Source: Limisphaerales bacterium (GTDB taxonomy: Bacteria > Patescibacteriota > Microgenomatia > UBA1406 > GWC2-37-13). Taken from it: DNA of 52,256 bases. Positions 1 to 10,745 of this stretch are shown in pieces. Positions within the stretch are counted from its first letter, which is position 1. The number at the start of each line of letters is the position of its first letter. The notes below the pieces were generated by a model. It made no database searches. It was not told where the DNA came from and worked only from the letters and a program-made list of their open reading frames with translations. The stretch lies in NCBI GenBank assembly GCA_044356445.1, contig JBIKWE010000001.1:1-52256 (forward strand), written 5' to 3'. The position numbers and the translations under genes were made by a program.

Positions 1-890
1 GCCTTATTAAATTTCCATTTAATGAGATTTCTAATTTGGACTTAAAACATAATCTAAAAGCTAACAAACATCTTTTGGGTATAGGAGGCGGAAAAGACTC
101 CATAGTTTCTGCTGAGAGACTTATTGAGAAAAACATTGATTTTGAGAGTTTTGTTGTTGAAACCGGACGAGAATATGAAATAGCAAATAATGTCGTTAAA
201 TTAATTGGAAAGCCTGTTTTTAAGGTTTCAAGAGAAGTTGATACAATTTCTTTGGCTAAATTAAAAAATCCCTATAATGGCCACATCCCAATTTCTTTAA
301 TTTATGCAGTTCTTGGTGTTGCTGCTTCACTTTTATATGGTTACTCTGGTTTTTTGACCAGCAATGAAGCAAGTGCCAATGAGGGAAATTTAGAGTATTT
401 AGGTTATAGTATCAACCATCAATGGAGTAAATCTAATGAGTTTGAGACATTATTTAAGCGGTATATACATAAATATATTTCACCTGATATTGATTATTAC
501 TCCTTGTTAAGAAGCTTAACTGAGTTTGAGATTAGTAAAGAGTTTTCCAACTTAAATAAATATTTTTCTGTTTTTTCCAGTTGCAATAGAAATTTCTCGA
601 TAACAAAGGGGCTTAAAAAAGGCAATTCAAGATGGTGTGGTTCTTGCCCTAAGTGCGTATTTGTGTTTATAATGTTGGCAGCTTTCTTAACTCCTGAAGA
701 GTTAAGCAAGATTTTTGATAAAAATATTTTTGATGATTTAGCTTTATTACCGACAGTTAAAGAGCTAATAGGAGAATCTGGCCACAAGCCTTTTGAATGC
801 GTTGGCACAAGCGACGAGGTTTTGAAGGCTTTAAAACAAATCAAACAAAAAGGATTATACGATAGTTCGGCAATTATAAAAATGCTATAA
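1..890 (+). CDS. PP-loop (adenine-nucleotide alpha-hydrolase fold) protein, probably 5'-truncated by the window edge; candidate MurL-type UDP-MurNAc-L-Ala-L-Glu epimerase (hypothesis)
   Basis: The reading frame is open from nt 3 to the stop at 888-890; the ORF track begins at TTG 36. PP-loop-like motif LGIGGGKDS near the start. C-terminal Cys cluster RWCGSCPKC and ECVGT. The stop is 2 nt before the murD start. The functional call rests on fold motif plus context only. Confidence 0.55.
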   Translation, partial: LIKFPFNEISNLDLKHNLKANKHLLGIGGGKDSIVSAERLIEKNIDFESFVVETGREYEIANNVVKLIGKPVFKVSREVDTISLAKLKNPYNGHIPISLIYAVLGVAASLLYGYSGFLTSNEASANEGNLEYLGYSINHQWSKSNEFETLFKRYIHKYISPDIDYYSLLRSLTEFEISKEFSNLNKYFSVFSSCNRNFSITKGLKKGNSRWCGSCPKCVFVFIMLAAFLTPEELSKIFDKNIFDDLALLPTVKELIGESGHKPFECVGTSDEVLKALKQIKQKGLYDSSAIIKML

Positions 891-892
891 AA

Positions 893-2131
893 ATGGAGAT
901 TTCTGAATTAAATAATAAAAAAATTCTTATTGCTGGTTATGGAGTTGAAGGTCGAGTGACAGAAAAATTTTTGAAGAAGTTTTTACCAAGAGTGAAATAT
1001 GATATAACTGACATCAAAAACGGCAACAATTATCTTGATAAGCAAGATACCTATGATTTGGTTATTAAATCTCCGGGAATTCCTTCTAATAAAATAAACG
1101 TTCCATACACAACAGCTTCGAATCTTTTTTTTGCCAATATTAACCCTCTACATCATATAATTGGTGTCACAGGAACAAAAGGTAAAAGCACTACATCATC
1201 TTTAATTCACCATATTTTAAAAAATAATGGATTTCATACAGAGCTAATTGGCAATATCGGAAAGCCTATGTTAAGCGTTCTTTTAAAAAAAGAGATACGA
1301 TACACTGTATACATTGTTGAATTATCGAGTTATCAACTTGAGGATATAAATTATTCACCGAATATATCAGTTTACGTCTCGTTATTTCGAGAGCATTTGA
1401 ATTATCATGGAAGTGAAGAAAATTATTTTATGGCCAAAAATCGTATGATAAAGTTTTCCAACCCATCTAATTACATGGTTTATAATCCTCAATTTAAACA
1501 GTTTATTAATTGGGCAAAAAAAACTCAAGCAAGAACAATTCCATTTGATCTAAAAATTAAAGTTCCGTCATCTCCTCTAATTGGAGAGCACAATAAAACG
1601 AATATTCAGGGCGCTATAACAACTTGTCGAATATTGGGCATAAATAGCACAGATGCCCTTCGCGCTATTAAAACTTTTAAACCTTTGCCCCACAGATTGG
1701 AAAAAGTTGGTGTTTTCAACAACATTACATTTTATGATGATGCCATCTCAACAACACCAGAGTCAACAATTCAAGCCTTAAAAGCATTAAGCTCAGTCGA
1801 TACAATTCTTCTGGGAGGTGAAGACAGGGGATATGACTTTAAAAAGCTTGCGGAGCAAATTGTTAAAGACAATATTCAAAATGTTGTTTTATTTCCAAAG
1901 ACTGGATTAAGAATCAAGGAGGAGCTCATTAAAAAAGGTTATGCAAATGAGATTTTGGAAACAGACTCCATGAATGAGGCGGTTAAATTTTCATACCAAA
2001 AAACTAAAGCTGGCAAGATATGCTTGTTGTCAACTGCCTCGCCCAGTTATTCATTGTGGCGTAATTTTGAACATAAGGGTGAAGAGTTCAGAAAGTTTAT
2101 TATAAAGTATGCGTCCGTTAAGAAGAAGTAA
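893..2131 (+). CDS. murD: UDP-N-acetylmuramoyl-L-alanine--glutamate ligase (MurD family)
   Basis: 412 aa Mur ligase. N-terminal Rossmann KILIAGYGVEGR and P-loop GVTGTKGKSTT. Sits directly upstream of ftsW-murG, as in dcw clusters. Confidence 0.85.
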   Translation: MEISELNNKKILIAGYGVEGRVTEKFLKKFLPRVKYDITDIKNGNNYLDKQDTYDLVIKSPGIPSNKINVPYTTASNLFFANINPLHHIIGVTGTKGKSTTSSLIHHILKNNGFHTELIGNIGKPMLSVLLKKEIRYTVYIVELSSYQLEDINYSPNISVYVSLFREHLNYHGSEENYFMAKNRMIKFSNPSNYMVYNPQFKQFINWAKKTQARTIPFDLKIKVPSSPLIGEHNKTNIQGAITTCRILGINSTDALRAIKTFKPLPHRLEKVGVFNNITFYDDAISTTPESTIQALKALSSVDTILLGGEDRGYDFKKLAEQIVKDNIQNVVLFPKTGLRIKEELIKKGYANEILETDSMNEAVKFSYQKTKAGKICLLSTASPSYSLWRNFEHKGEEFRKFIIKYASVKKK

Positions 2132-3233
2132 AGAAAAAAATTCTCAAGCTACTTCAAAAAAACAAAGTTCAAATGTAGTTTTATTCATAATTACACTTGT
2201 TTTAATGAGTCTTGGACTAATATTTGTTTTTGAGGCATCGTCAATCAGGGCATTAAATGAATCAGGAGATTCTTTTTTCTATCTTAAGCTGCAGTTTCGC
2301 TGGATTATGATAGGGCTTTTTACGATGTTTATTTTATCAAAATTACCATACAAAGTTTTTTTAAATTTAAGTACTTTTATAATCGGTTTTATATTTGTAA
2401 GTTTAATAATTGTCTTAATTCCCAGCCTTGGGAAAACAGCTGGCGGCGCCAGAAGCTGGATAGATCTTGGTTTTTTTAATTTTCAGCCTGCTGAATTTGC
2501 CAAAAGCGCTGTCATAATTTATCTTGCAACTTGGTTTTTTAAAAGAAAAAAAGTCAGTTTTTTATCTTTTATATTATTTCTTGGAGCATTAATTGCTCTT
2601 GTTTTACTCCAACCTGATATGGGAACGGCAATAATGTTATTCACATTAGGCATTGGGATGTATTTTGTATCTGGACAAGCTTTAAAGCCGTTATTATTGT
2701 TAATTCCGATAATTATTTCCGGTTTTTTGTTTTTAATTGTTTCTGCGCCTTACAGGTTAAAAAGATTGACTGCCTTTTTGAGACCAAATGAGGATCCATT
2801 GGGAGTTGGTTTTCATATTAATCAGATTCTCATATCTATAACTGAAGGTGGGGTGTTTGGTCGCGGTTTTGGAGCCTCAAGGCAGAAATTTTTATATCTT
2901 CCTGAAGCACACACTGACTCCATTTTTGCAATAATAAGCGAAGAGTTGGGTTTTATTGGCAGCATATTGGTTTTATTTTTATTTTTTATCATGCTTTATA
3001 AGATTTATAAACTATATACAGTCTCAATAGATCCATATGCAAAAATGATTTTGAGCGGCATATTTATATATTTTTCATTACAAATCATAATTAATCTTGG
3101 AGGCATGGTTAATATAATGCCGTTAACCGGCGTTACTCTGCCATTTATTTCTTATGGTGGATCATCTATGATTACATCATGCTTACTTATGGGAATTGTA
3201 TTTAATATATCAGCACAACAAAAAAATGTTTAA
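2109..3233 (+). CDS. ftsW: SEDS-family peptidoglycan glycosyltransferase FtsW
   Basis: Polytopic membrane protein with SEDS motifs QPDMGTA, LPEAHTDSIFA and LPFISYGGSS. Lies between murD and murG. Confidence 0.85.
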   Translation: MRPLRRSKEKNSQATSKKQSSNVVLFIITLVLMSLGLIFVFEASSIRALNESGDSFFYLKLQFRWIMIGLFTMFILSKLPYKVFLNLSTFIIGFIFVSLIIVLIPSLGKTAGGARSWIDLGFFNFQPAEFAKSAVIIYLATWFFKRKKVSFLSFILFLGALIALVLLQPDMGTAIMLFTLGIGMYFVSGQALKPLLLLIPIIISGFLFLIVSAPYRLKRLTAFLRPNEDPLGVGFHINQILISITEGGVFGRGFGASRQKFLYLPEAHTDSIFAIISEELGFIGSILVLFLFFIMLYKIYKLYTVSIDPYAKMILSGIFIYFSLQIIINLGGMVNIMPLTGVTLPFISYGGSSMITSCLLMGIVFNISAQQKNV

Positions 3234-4359
3234 AGACAAATCAAAAAAAATTCTCATCACTGGCGGACATCCAGCTCCTGCTATTGCAGTTATTGATTAT
3301 ATTTTGAAAAGTGAGTCAAATATTGAGATTATTTTTGTTGGCAAAAAGTTTAATAACTCATTTGAAAAGTCATTAAGTTTTGAGTTTCAGGAAATTAGTA
3401 ATAGGAATATATTATTTGAAAAAATTGAAACTGGACGGTCAGGGCATTTCATGAGCTTAAATGGTCTTTTACAATTTTATCTATTTATAATTGCAATTTA
3501 TCAAGCTTACAAAATTTTAAAAAATCATAAACCAAACGCAATTTTAACATTCGGAGGCTATATCGGATTACCAGTTATTTTTTTAGCAAAATTATTTAAT
3601 ATACCGATTGTTATTCACGAGCAGACAGCAATTGCCGGTACTGCCAACAGATTAATGGCGTTTTTTGCCAAAAAAGTATGTATTTCGTTTCCAGAATCAA
3701 GGAAGTACTTTGTGAATAAAAATATTGTCATCACAGGAAACCCCATAAGAGATAACATATTTGACACGAATGATTGTAGGATCGACTTGCCATCTGACAA
3801 TTCATTTCCTGTGATTTATGTGACTGGTGGTTCTCTTGGGTCACACGCTATAAACAACCTGATAGAGCCCATCCTGCCTGAGGTTTTAGAGTTTGCAAAT
3901 GTTATTCATCAAACAGGTAATGTTTTAGAATTTGCTGATTTTGATAGATTGCAAACTTTAAAGAACAGTCTTCCTGATGAGTTAAAAAAGAGATATTATC
4001 TGTTTAAGCATATTGCGACAGAAAATATTGGTTGCGTATATGACAAATCAGACCTAATTATTTCCAGATCAGGCGCAAACACCTTCTTTGAGATTTTGGC
4101 TTTAAAAAAACCCTCAATTTTTATACCGTTACCATATTCTGCCCATGGGGAACAATTAAAACATGCCAAAATAATGGCGGATGCCGGGACAGCTCATATT
4201 TGTCTTCAATCTGATTCGCCAAAAACCTTGTTAAAATTAATACATGATTCTCTTAAAACGCTTAAATTCCAACAAGAGGCGTTTAAAAATCTCAGAGTCG
4301 AGTACATCAAAAACGCTTCAGAAAAAATCATTAATGAGTTTTTTTCCGTTCTTAATTAA
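3226..4359 (+). CDS. murG: UDP-GlcNAc:lipid I N-acetylglucosaminyltransferase MurG
   Basis: GT28 architecture: KILITGGHPAPAIAV N-terminal G-loop, IHEQTAIAG, GGSLGS. Start taken at ATG 3226 (MFKDKSKK...). The ORF-track start at 3196 lies 38 nt inside ftsW. Confidence 0.85.
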   Translation: MFKDKSKKILITGGHPAPAIAVIDYILKSESNIEIIFVGKKFNNSFEKSLSFEFQEISNRNILFEKIETGRSGHFMSLNGLLQFYLFIIAIYQAYKILKNHKPNAILTFGGYIGLPVIFLAKLFNIPIVIHEQTAIAGTANRLMAFFAKKVCISFPESRKYFVNKNIVITGNPIRDNIFDTNDCRIDLPSDNSFPVIYVTGGSLGSHAINNLIEPILPEVLEFANVIHQTGNVLEFADFDRLQTLKNSLPDELKKRYYLFKHIATENIGCVYDKSDLIISRSGANTFFEILALKKPSIFIPLPYSAHGEQLKHAKIMADAGTAHICLQSDSPKTLLKLIHDSLKTLKFQQEAFKNLRVEYIKNASEKIINEFFSVLN

Positions 4360-5044
4360 ATCTTTGATTTTTGCAATATTAACAGGGGTATTATTTTTTT
4401 CATTTTTACAGCTTGACAAACTCTTTAAAGTAAATGAGGTTTTATCAATTAGTGACGATGGCTCACTAATAGATTTAAACGGTAAAGATGTTTATCTTGG
4501 TAAAAGAATATATACACTCTCAAAAAATGATATATTTAAGCATTTAGCTTCATCTAACCCCAAGATTAAATTATTAAGTGTAGAGCTAAATTATCCGTCA
4601 AAAATACATATTTATTATGAGGACATAGCGCCAGTGGCGGTTTTTGAGACGGATAACGGATTTTTTTTATTATCAAGTGAAGGAAAAATAATAGCAAAAG
4701 TAAGGGATTTAAAAGAATATAATTTGCCTTTAATCAAATATTATAGACCTATCACTTATTTTATAGCTCAGGTCGGAGAGAGCATGCCATTAGCCGATGT
4801 TGTATCTGCAACAACCCTAATTTCATTTTTAACTGATGTGGAGAGCACAAATTTTGTATTAAGCATTAATACAAACGGTGATTTAATCATCAAAGATGAT
4901 AAATTTGAGCTTATTTTTACAATAAACAAAGATTTAAAATTACAAGCTTATCAATATAAAGAATCTATAAAGTACTTGACACTCGAAGGGAAAAATTTTG
5001 CTATACTTGATTTTAGGTTTGAAAAAACCGTTGTAAGATATTGA
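4334..5044 (+). CDS. ftsQ: FtsQ/DivIB-like cell division protein
   Basis: Single N-terminal TM helix (LIFAILTGVLFFSFL) followed by a POTRA/FtsQ-sized body. Conserved position between murG and ftsA. Start taken at ATG 4334, overlapping the murG end; the track start at 4244 is inside murG. Confidence 0.6.
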   Translation: MSFFPFLIKSLIFAILTGVLFFSFLQLDKLFKVNEVLSISDDGSLIDLNGKDVYLGKRIYTLSKNDIFKHLASSNPKIKLLSVELNYPSKIHIYYEDIAPVAVFETDNGFFLLSSEGKIIAKVRDLKEYNLPLIKYYRPITYFIAQVGESMPLADVVSATTLISFLTDVESTNFVLSINTNGDLIIKDDKFELIFTINKDLKLQAYQYKESIKYLTLEGKNFAILDFRFEKTVVRY

Positions 5045-5077
5045 TGTAATAATTTTGTTGATATGGTATAAATTTAT

Positions 5078-6346
5078 ATGGCTGATACTTTAATTTGTGG
5101 AATTGATATTGGTAGTTCCAAGGTGGCAACAATTCTTGCTATTAAGTCAAAAGATTCTGACGATTTAAGAATAATTGGTTTTAATGCCACACAGTCAAAA
5201 GGTGTTAAAAAGGGAATTATAGTTGATATAGATCAAGCAACTCTTTCAATAGAATCAAGTGTTGAGAAAGCGGAGCGTATGGCAGGCCATCAGATTAAGG
5301 AAGCATATGTCACAGTAGGTGGTCCCCATATCTCATCTCTAAATTCAAGTGGAGTTGTGGCGGTTTCCAATCCACAACTAGAGGTTGTGTCTGAGGATGT
5401 GCAAAGAGTTATAGAGGCAGCAAAAGCAATCTCTCTTGCTAATACAAGAAAAGTTATCGATGTCTCACCTCGAGAGTATTCCGTTGATGGTCAAAGTGGC
5501 ATAAGTAATCCAATAGGAATGAGTGGCGTCAGGCTTGAGGTTAATACGCATATTATAACTGCATCAACTCCCAACTTGAAAAATACAGATAAGGTGCTTG
5601 CTGACCTTGGTATTAAAAATAAGGGATATGTATTTGCTGGAGTTGCCTCTTCAGAGGCCGTACTTACTGATACTGAAAAGGATTTAGGAGTTGCGGTTAT
5701 TGATATTGGGGGAGGCAAAATGGATATCTGCATATATATAGAAGGCGCATTATCATATTCTGCTTCAATTCCCGTTGGCGCAAGACATATTAGTAATGAT
5801 ATTGCTGTTGGTTTAAGAGTTTCCCTTGACACCGCTGAGAAAGTTAAGGTTTATTTGTCAAATAAATATCAAATCGAAGTTTTGAAAAAAAAAGAAAAAA
5901 TTATGCTTTCAAGTGCAAAAATTGGAGTAACAGAGCAGTTGCCTGAAGTTCCAGAACGAGAGATTATTGACGGTATTATATTGCCGAGGTTAGATGAGAT
6001 GTTTTCTCTAATTTCAGAGGAAATTCAAAAGAGTGGTTTTGCCAAAAGTATCCCTTCGGGAATTGTTCTTACAGGAGGTGGCGCACTAACTGTTGGTATG
6101 GTTGAGGTTGGTAAAAAAATAACCAGACTTCCAATAAGAATTGGAGTGCCAGAAAAAGGAACTGGTTTAGTTGATGAAGTCATGTCTCCTTTATATTCGG
6201 CAACTTTAGGTTTAATATATCATGACAGTTCATTATATGAAAAAGAAGATATTGGTTTAAAAGATTTTAATGCAATTCTGAAAAACTTTTCCATAAATGA
6301 TATAATTAGCAATGTTCGTAAACTGGTAAAACAATTTATTCCATAA
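5078..6346 (+). CDS. ftsA: Cell division protein FtsA
   Basis: Actin-fold motifs ICGIDIGSSK, VIDIGGGK and LTGGGA. C-terminal amphipathic tail. Directly upstream of ftsZ. Confidence 0.92.
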   Translation: MADTLICGIDIGSSKVATILAIKSKDSDDLRIIGFNATQSKGVKKGIIVDIDQATLSIESSVEKAERMAGHQIKEAYVTVGGPHISSLNSSGVVAVSNPQLEVVSEDVQRVIEAAKAISLANTRKVIDVSPREYSVDGQSGISNPIGMSGVRLEVNTHIITASTPNLKNTDKVLADLGIKNKGYVFAGVASSEAVLTDTEKDLGVAVIDIGGGKMDICIYIEGALSYSASIPVGARHISNDIAVGLRVSLDTAEKVKVYLSNKYQIEVLKKKEKIMLSSAKIGVTEQLPEVPEREIIDGIILPRLDEMFSLISEEIQKSGFAKSIPSGIVLTGGGALTVGMVEVGKKITRLPIRIGVPEKGTGLVDEVMSPLYSATLGLIYHDSSLYEKEDIGLKDFNAILKNFSINDIISNVRKLVKQFIP

Positions 6347-6402
6347 TAAATATTGTAATTAACTGTGTGGTTTCGTAATTTACGAGCATTTTAAAAACTA
6401 AT

Positions 6403-7596
6403 ATGTTGATTAAACCTAAAGCAGGCTCAGCTGCAAAAATAAAAGTCGTGGGTGTTGGTGGCGGCGGTGGTAATGCAATTACATCCATGATAAATGAAGG
6501 AGGAATTGAGGGGGTAGAGTTTGTAGCTATAAATACAGATTCTCAGGCATTACTACATAACAAAGCAGAGATTAAAATACAGATAGGAGATCAGGCAACC
6601 AAGGGACTTGGATCTGGTGGAAATCCTGAAGTAGGCAGAAAAGCTGCAGAGGAATCACGTGAAAAACTTAAAGATGAATTGGGGACTGCCGATATGATTT
6701 TTATTACCTGTGGTGAAGGAGGAGGAACTGGGACAGGTGCTTCTCCGATTGTTGCGGAAGTGGCAAAAGAATCAGGTGCATTGACTGTTGCTGTTGTTAC
6801 AAGGCCATTTGATTTTGAAGGGGCACCAAGAAAACATCAGGCAAGAGAGGGTATTGATGCGTTGAAAGAAAATGTAGATACGCTTATTGTTATTCCCAAC
6901 CAAAGAGTACTTGAAGTTATTGATAAAAAAACCTCGATTGTTGATGCATTTAGACGAATAGACTCTGTTTTGCATCAAGGTGTAAAAGGTATAGCTGAGC
7001 TCATAACCCTTCCCGGGCTTATAAATGTGGACTTTGCAGACGTAAGGTCAATTATGAGTAATGCTGGAAATGCACTTATGGGAATGGGTATTGGCACAGG
7101 AGATAAGCGAGCAATTACGGCAATAAGGCAAGCCATTTCATCTCCTTTGCTTGATGCTTCAATAGATGGGGCAAAAGGTATCTTGCTAAATGTAGTTGGA
7201 GGCACAGATTTATCAATGAGTGAAATAGATGAAGCAGCCAGTATGATTCAAAAGTCAGTTGACCCTGAGGCAAATATAATATTTGGTGCAGCAATTGACG
7301 AATCACTTCATGATCAGATAAAAATTACCGTAATAGCCACCAGATTCGATGACTCAAAGCTTCAAGCATATAATTTCAATAAACCAGCGACATTTAGTTC
7401 AAGCACAGAAACCAAAACTATTGAGGAAGCTGAAAATGAAGAGTTTGAAAGCTCTGATCTTGATAAAGAAAACTTATCCGAATCCTTCAATGTAAAGGAT
7501 ATAAACCCATCAATTGATAAATCAAATTTTTTTAGTAAGAATTCAGATAAAGATGAGGATGAGTTTGACATCCCCGCATTTCTAAGGAAAAGGTGA
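6403..7596 (+). CDS. ftsZ: Cell division GTPase FtsZ
   Basis: Tubulin signature [11 protein letters not shown]-terminal GVGGGGGNA, acidic linker and conserved C-terminal peptide DIPAFLRKR. Confidence 0.98.
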   Translation: MLIKPKAGSAAKIKVVGVGGGGGNAITSMINEGGIEGVEFVAINTDSQALLHNKAEIKIQIGDQATKGLGSGGNPEVGRKAAEESREKLKDELGTADMIFITCGEGGGTGTGASPIVAEVAKESGALTVAVVTRPFDFEGAPRKHQAREGIDALKENVDTLIVIPNQRVLEVIDKKTSIVDAFRRIDSVLHQGVKGIAELITLPGLINVDFADVRSIMSNAGNALMGMGIGTGDKRAITAIRQAISSPLLDASIDGAKGILLNVVGGTDLSMSEIDEAASMIQKSVDPEANIIFGAAIDESLHDQIKITVIATRFDDSKLQAYNFNKPATFSSSTETKTIEEAENEEFESSDLDKENLSESFNVKDINPSIDKSNFFSKNSDKDEDEFDIPAFLRKR

Positions 7597-7751
7597 GAGA
7601 GACTACTCTTAATTTAAATAGAAAACACACTCTATATATTTTTTGTTCCCATTGAGCATTTTTTATTATCTCAATTAGTTGGGAATAAACTATTAATCTT
7701 CAACAATCTTTACCCCTTTTTATTCCTCAAGTATCTGATAAAATTTCTCAT

Positions 7752-10739
7752 ATGCAAACAAACAAAAACCCCTTAAGTGCATTTTTTATAGACATGGAGC
7801 ATAAATGGCTCGCCTCATGGGGAGATAATAATATTTATAGACAATATTTAGACAAGAATAAAAAGTCAGATAAATATTTTTCTTTTCAAGACGGTCCAAT
7901 AACTGCTAATAATCCAATGGGAGTTCATCATGCATGGGGTCGTACTTATAAAGATTTATGGCAAAGGTTTCATAATCTTTTAGGTTTTAGACAGCGTTTC
8001 CAAAATGGTTTTGATTGTCAAGGTTTATGGGTTGAAGTGGAGGTTGAAAAAGAGTTGGGATTAAGATCCAAAAAAGATATAGAAAATCTGGTGCCCGGTG
8101 ACAAGGTGGCATCTATTGCTAAATTTGTTGAGCTATGCCGAGAGCGTGTTTTCAAATATGCCAATATTCAAACAGAACAGTCAAAAAGACTAGCTTATTT
8201 TATGGATTGGGAAAATTCTTATTTCACAATGGATGAAGAAAACAATTATATGATTTGGCACTTCTTAAAAACATGTCACAAAAACGGTTGGATTTATAAA
8301 GGCAAAGACAGTGTGCCATGGTGTCCAAGGTGCGAAACTGCGATTTCCCAACATGAAATGTTAACTGAGGATTATAAAGAGATTGTTCACGAAACTGTTT
8401 TCTTTAAATTAAAGATTCAAAAAAGCTCAGTTAGCCAAAAATTACAAAAAGTTGTTGCTGATATGAGTGTATATTTTGTTGCATGGACTACAACGCCGTG
8501 GACCATTCCTGGTAATGTGGCTCTTGGAATAAACAAGGATTTGGAATATGTTTTTGTAAGGCATAATGAACAAGTATATATTCTTGCCGAGGATAGATTA
8601 GAAAATGTACTCACTACAAACTTTAAACTGTTGTTAAAGGTAAAAGGATCAGAGCTTATTGGAATTAAATATGACGCCCCATTTGATTTTACTGAAAGAT
8701 CATTGACAGCAAGAAATGAAAATTCAGAGACTTTTCATACAGTGGTTGATGCCACAGATATTGTGACTGCCACAGAGGGAACAGGCATTCTTCATATCGC
8801 ACCCGGACAAGGTAAGGAGGATTTCGAGCTTGGAAAAAAATATAAATTACCAATCATTGAGCTAATAGCAGATGACGCTTCTTATTTTGAAGGATTAGCA
8901 CAGTTTTCCGGCAAAAATGCTAAAAAACATCCTGAGTTAATAATTGATTTCTTAAATAAGGAAGCTTCGGATTTTTTATTAAAGACAGAAAAGTATAAGC
9001 ATCGATATCCCGCTTGTTGGCGATGTAAGGCTGAGCTTGTTTGGAAGATTGCTGATGAGTGGTATATTGCCATGGATAAGCCATCCAAAACTGGTGATCA
9101 ACGTACTTTGCGTGCCAGAATGATCGAAGTTGCCAAGAAAATAACTTGGATGCCGTCTTTTGGTTTAGATCGTGAACTTGACTGGTTAAATAATATGCAT
9201 GACTGGCTTATATCAAAGAAAAATAGATACTGGGGATTAGCTCTTCCTATTTATGAATGTGATACTTGTGAAAATTTTGATGTTATAGGGTCAAAAGATG
9301 AGTTGAAAGAGAGGTCGATAAGTGGATTTGATACATTTGAAGGTCTTACACCTCATAAACCATTTATTGACGAAGTTATTATATCTTGTTCAAAATGTGG
9401 TCAAAAAATGAGCCGAATAGGAGATGTTGGTAATCCTTGGCTTGATGCTGGAATTGTGCCTTATTCAACCATAAAAAGAGATAATAAAGGGAAACCACTA
9501 TATTTAATTGATAAAAAAGAATGGAAAAAGTGGTTTCCCGCTAATTTTATAACAGAATCCTTTCCCGGACAGTTTAAAAACTGGTTTTATGCCATGATTG
9601 CTATGTCAACTGTTCTTGAGGATGTGCCTCCTTATGAAAGAGTTTTGGGATTTGCCACCTTAACTGGTGAGGATGGTCGCCCCATGCATAAGAGTTGGGG
9701 AAACTCAATTGCTTTTGAAGAGGGGGCTGATATTATAGGGGTTGATGTAATGAGGTGGATGTATGCAAGGCAAAATCCGGGAGAAAATCTTTTATTTGGT
9801 TATCATAAAGCCGATGAAGTAAGACGCAGTTTTTATTTAATTCTGTGGAATAGTTTTAAGTTTTACCTGCAAAACAGAGAGGTGGACAATATAAAATATG
9901 TAAATATTGAGCTTGATATTGATAAGTTGCAGTCTGTACTTGACAGGTATATTTTGTATAGGTTAGAGGAAACAATTAACTCAGTTTATGAAAGTCTCAA
10001 GAAATTTGATGCCAAAAATTCAGCTTGGCTAATTGAGGAATTTGTCCAAGATTTATCAACATGGTATATAAGAAGATCAAGGGATAGAGTAGGGCCTGCC
10101 GCTGAAATCTTAGAAAAAGAAAGCTTTTATAAAGTTATGCAACAAGTTTTTTATAAACTTTCCATTATTTTATCCCCTTTTATGCCGTTTATTTCTGAAG
10201 AAATTTATACAATATTAACAGGTAATAAATCAGTTCACCTTGAAAGCTGGCCTCAAAGACTGACATTAAAATCAAATGAGGTCATAACAGATATGAATTT
10301 AATAAGACGAATATCTGAATGTGGACACCGTGTAAGAAAAGATTTAAAGCTGAAAGTGCGCCAGCCTTTAAGCAAAGTTGAAGTAAGCTTACCATCTCAA
10401 TTAGTATTTGTTGAAAAGGAGCTTGAAACACAATATATTGATATTTTATGTCAGGAATTAAATGTAAAATCGGTTATATTTTTAAATAAAAGTGATATTT
10501 CCGACATTTCAATTTCTTACGACACGACATTAACCAATGAATTAATTATTGAAGGTGAGTTAAGGGACTTATTAAGAGAAATTCAACAAAAGCGTAAAGA
10601 ACTTCATCTTGGCATAAAAGATAGTATAAAATTAACAATCCCAAAAAAATTTGCTCCATTTAAAGATAAAATTTCACTTGCTGTATCAAGTAATATGACA
10701 TTAATTGGGGAAGCACTTGCTGTTGAAAAATCAATATAA
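7752..10739 (+). CDS. ileS: Isoleucine--tRNA ligase (type 2-like)
   Basis: 995 aa class Ia aaRS. HIGH-type GPITANNPMGVHHAWGR, DCQGLWVEVEVEKELG, WCPRCETAISQHE, and KMSKS-type PMHKSWGNS. Confidence 0.8.
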   Translation: MQTNKNPLSAFFIDMEHKWLASWGDNNIYRQYLDKNKKSDKYFSFQDGPITANNPMGVHHAWGRTYKDLWQRFHNLLGFRQRFQNGFDCQGLWVEVEVEKELGLRSKKDIENLVPGDKVASIAKFVELCRERVFKYANIQTEQSKRLAYFMDWENSYFTMDEENNYMIWHFLKTCHKNGWIYKGKDSVPWCPRCETAISQHEMLTEDYKEIVHETVFFKLKIQKSSVSQKLQKVVADMSVYFVAWTTTPWTIPGNVALGINKDLEYVFVRHNEQVYILAEDRLENVLTTNFKLLLKVKGSELIGIKYDAPFDFTERSLTARNENSETFHTVVDATDIVTATEGTGILHIAPGQGKEDFELGKKYKLPIIELIADDASYFEGLAQFSGKNAKKHPELIIDFLNKEASDFLLKTEKYKHRYPACWRCKAELVWKIADEWYIAMDKPSKTGDQRTLRARMIEVAKKITWMPSFGLDRELDWLNNMHDWLISKKNRYWGLALPIYECDTCENFDVIGSKDELKERSISGFDTFEGLTPHKPFIDEVIISCSKCGQKMSRIGDVGNPWLDAGIVPYSTIKRDNKGKPLYLIDKKEWKKWFPANFITESFPGQFKNWFYAMIAMSTVLEDVPPYERVLGFATLTGEDGRPMHKSWGNSIAFEEGADIIGVDVMRWMYARQNPGENLLFGYHKADEVRRSFYLILWNSFKFYLQNREVDNIKYVNIELDIDKLQSVLDRYILYRLEETINSVYESLKKFDAKNSAWLIEEFVQDLSTWYIRRSRDRVGPAAEILEKESFYKVMQQVFYKLSIILSPFMPFISEEIYTILTGNKSVHLESWPQRLTLKSNEVITDMNLIRRISECGHRVRKDLKLKVRQPLSKVEVSLPSQLVFVEKELETQYIDILCQELNVKSVIFLNKSDISDISISYDTTLTNELIIEGELRDLLREIQQKRKELHLGIKDSIKLTIPKKFAPFKDKISLAVSSNMTLIGEALAVEKSI

Positions 10740-10745
10740 GGATTT

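Noticed and set aside
497-844. Antisense or alternative-frame ORFs in the track. Examples: 497-844(-), 5491-5832(-), 6975-7205(-), 8882-9088(-), 20565-20771(-), 27370-27573(-), 29646-29882(-), 38046-38456(-), 47199-47432(-).
   Set aside because: All lie entirely inside well-supported conserved genes on the other strand or frame. They have low-complexity or odd composition and no recognisable motifs, so I treat them as shadow ORFs.
7597-7751. Possible T-box leader upstream of ileS.
   Set aside because: The spacer is only 155 nt and I could not find the conserved T-box sequence or a specifier-loop architecture. A -10 box 7 nt from the ATG suggests a leaderless transcript instead.
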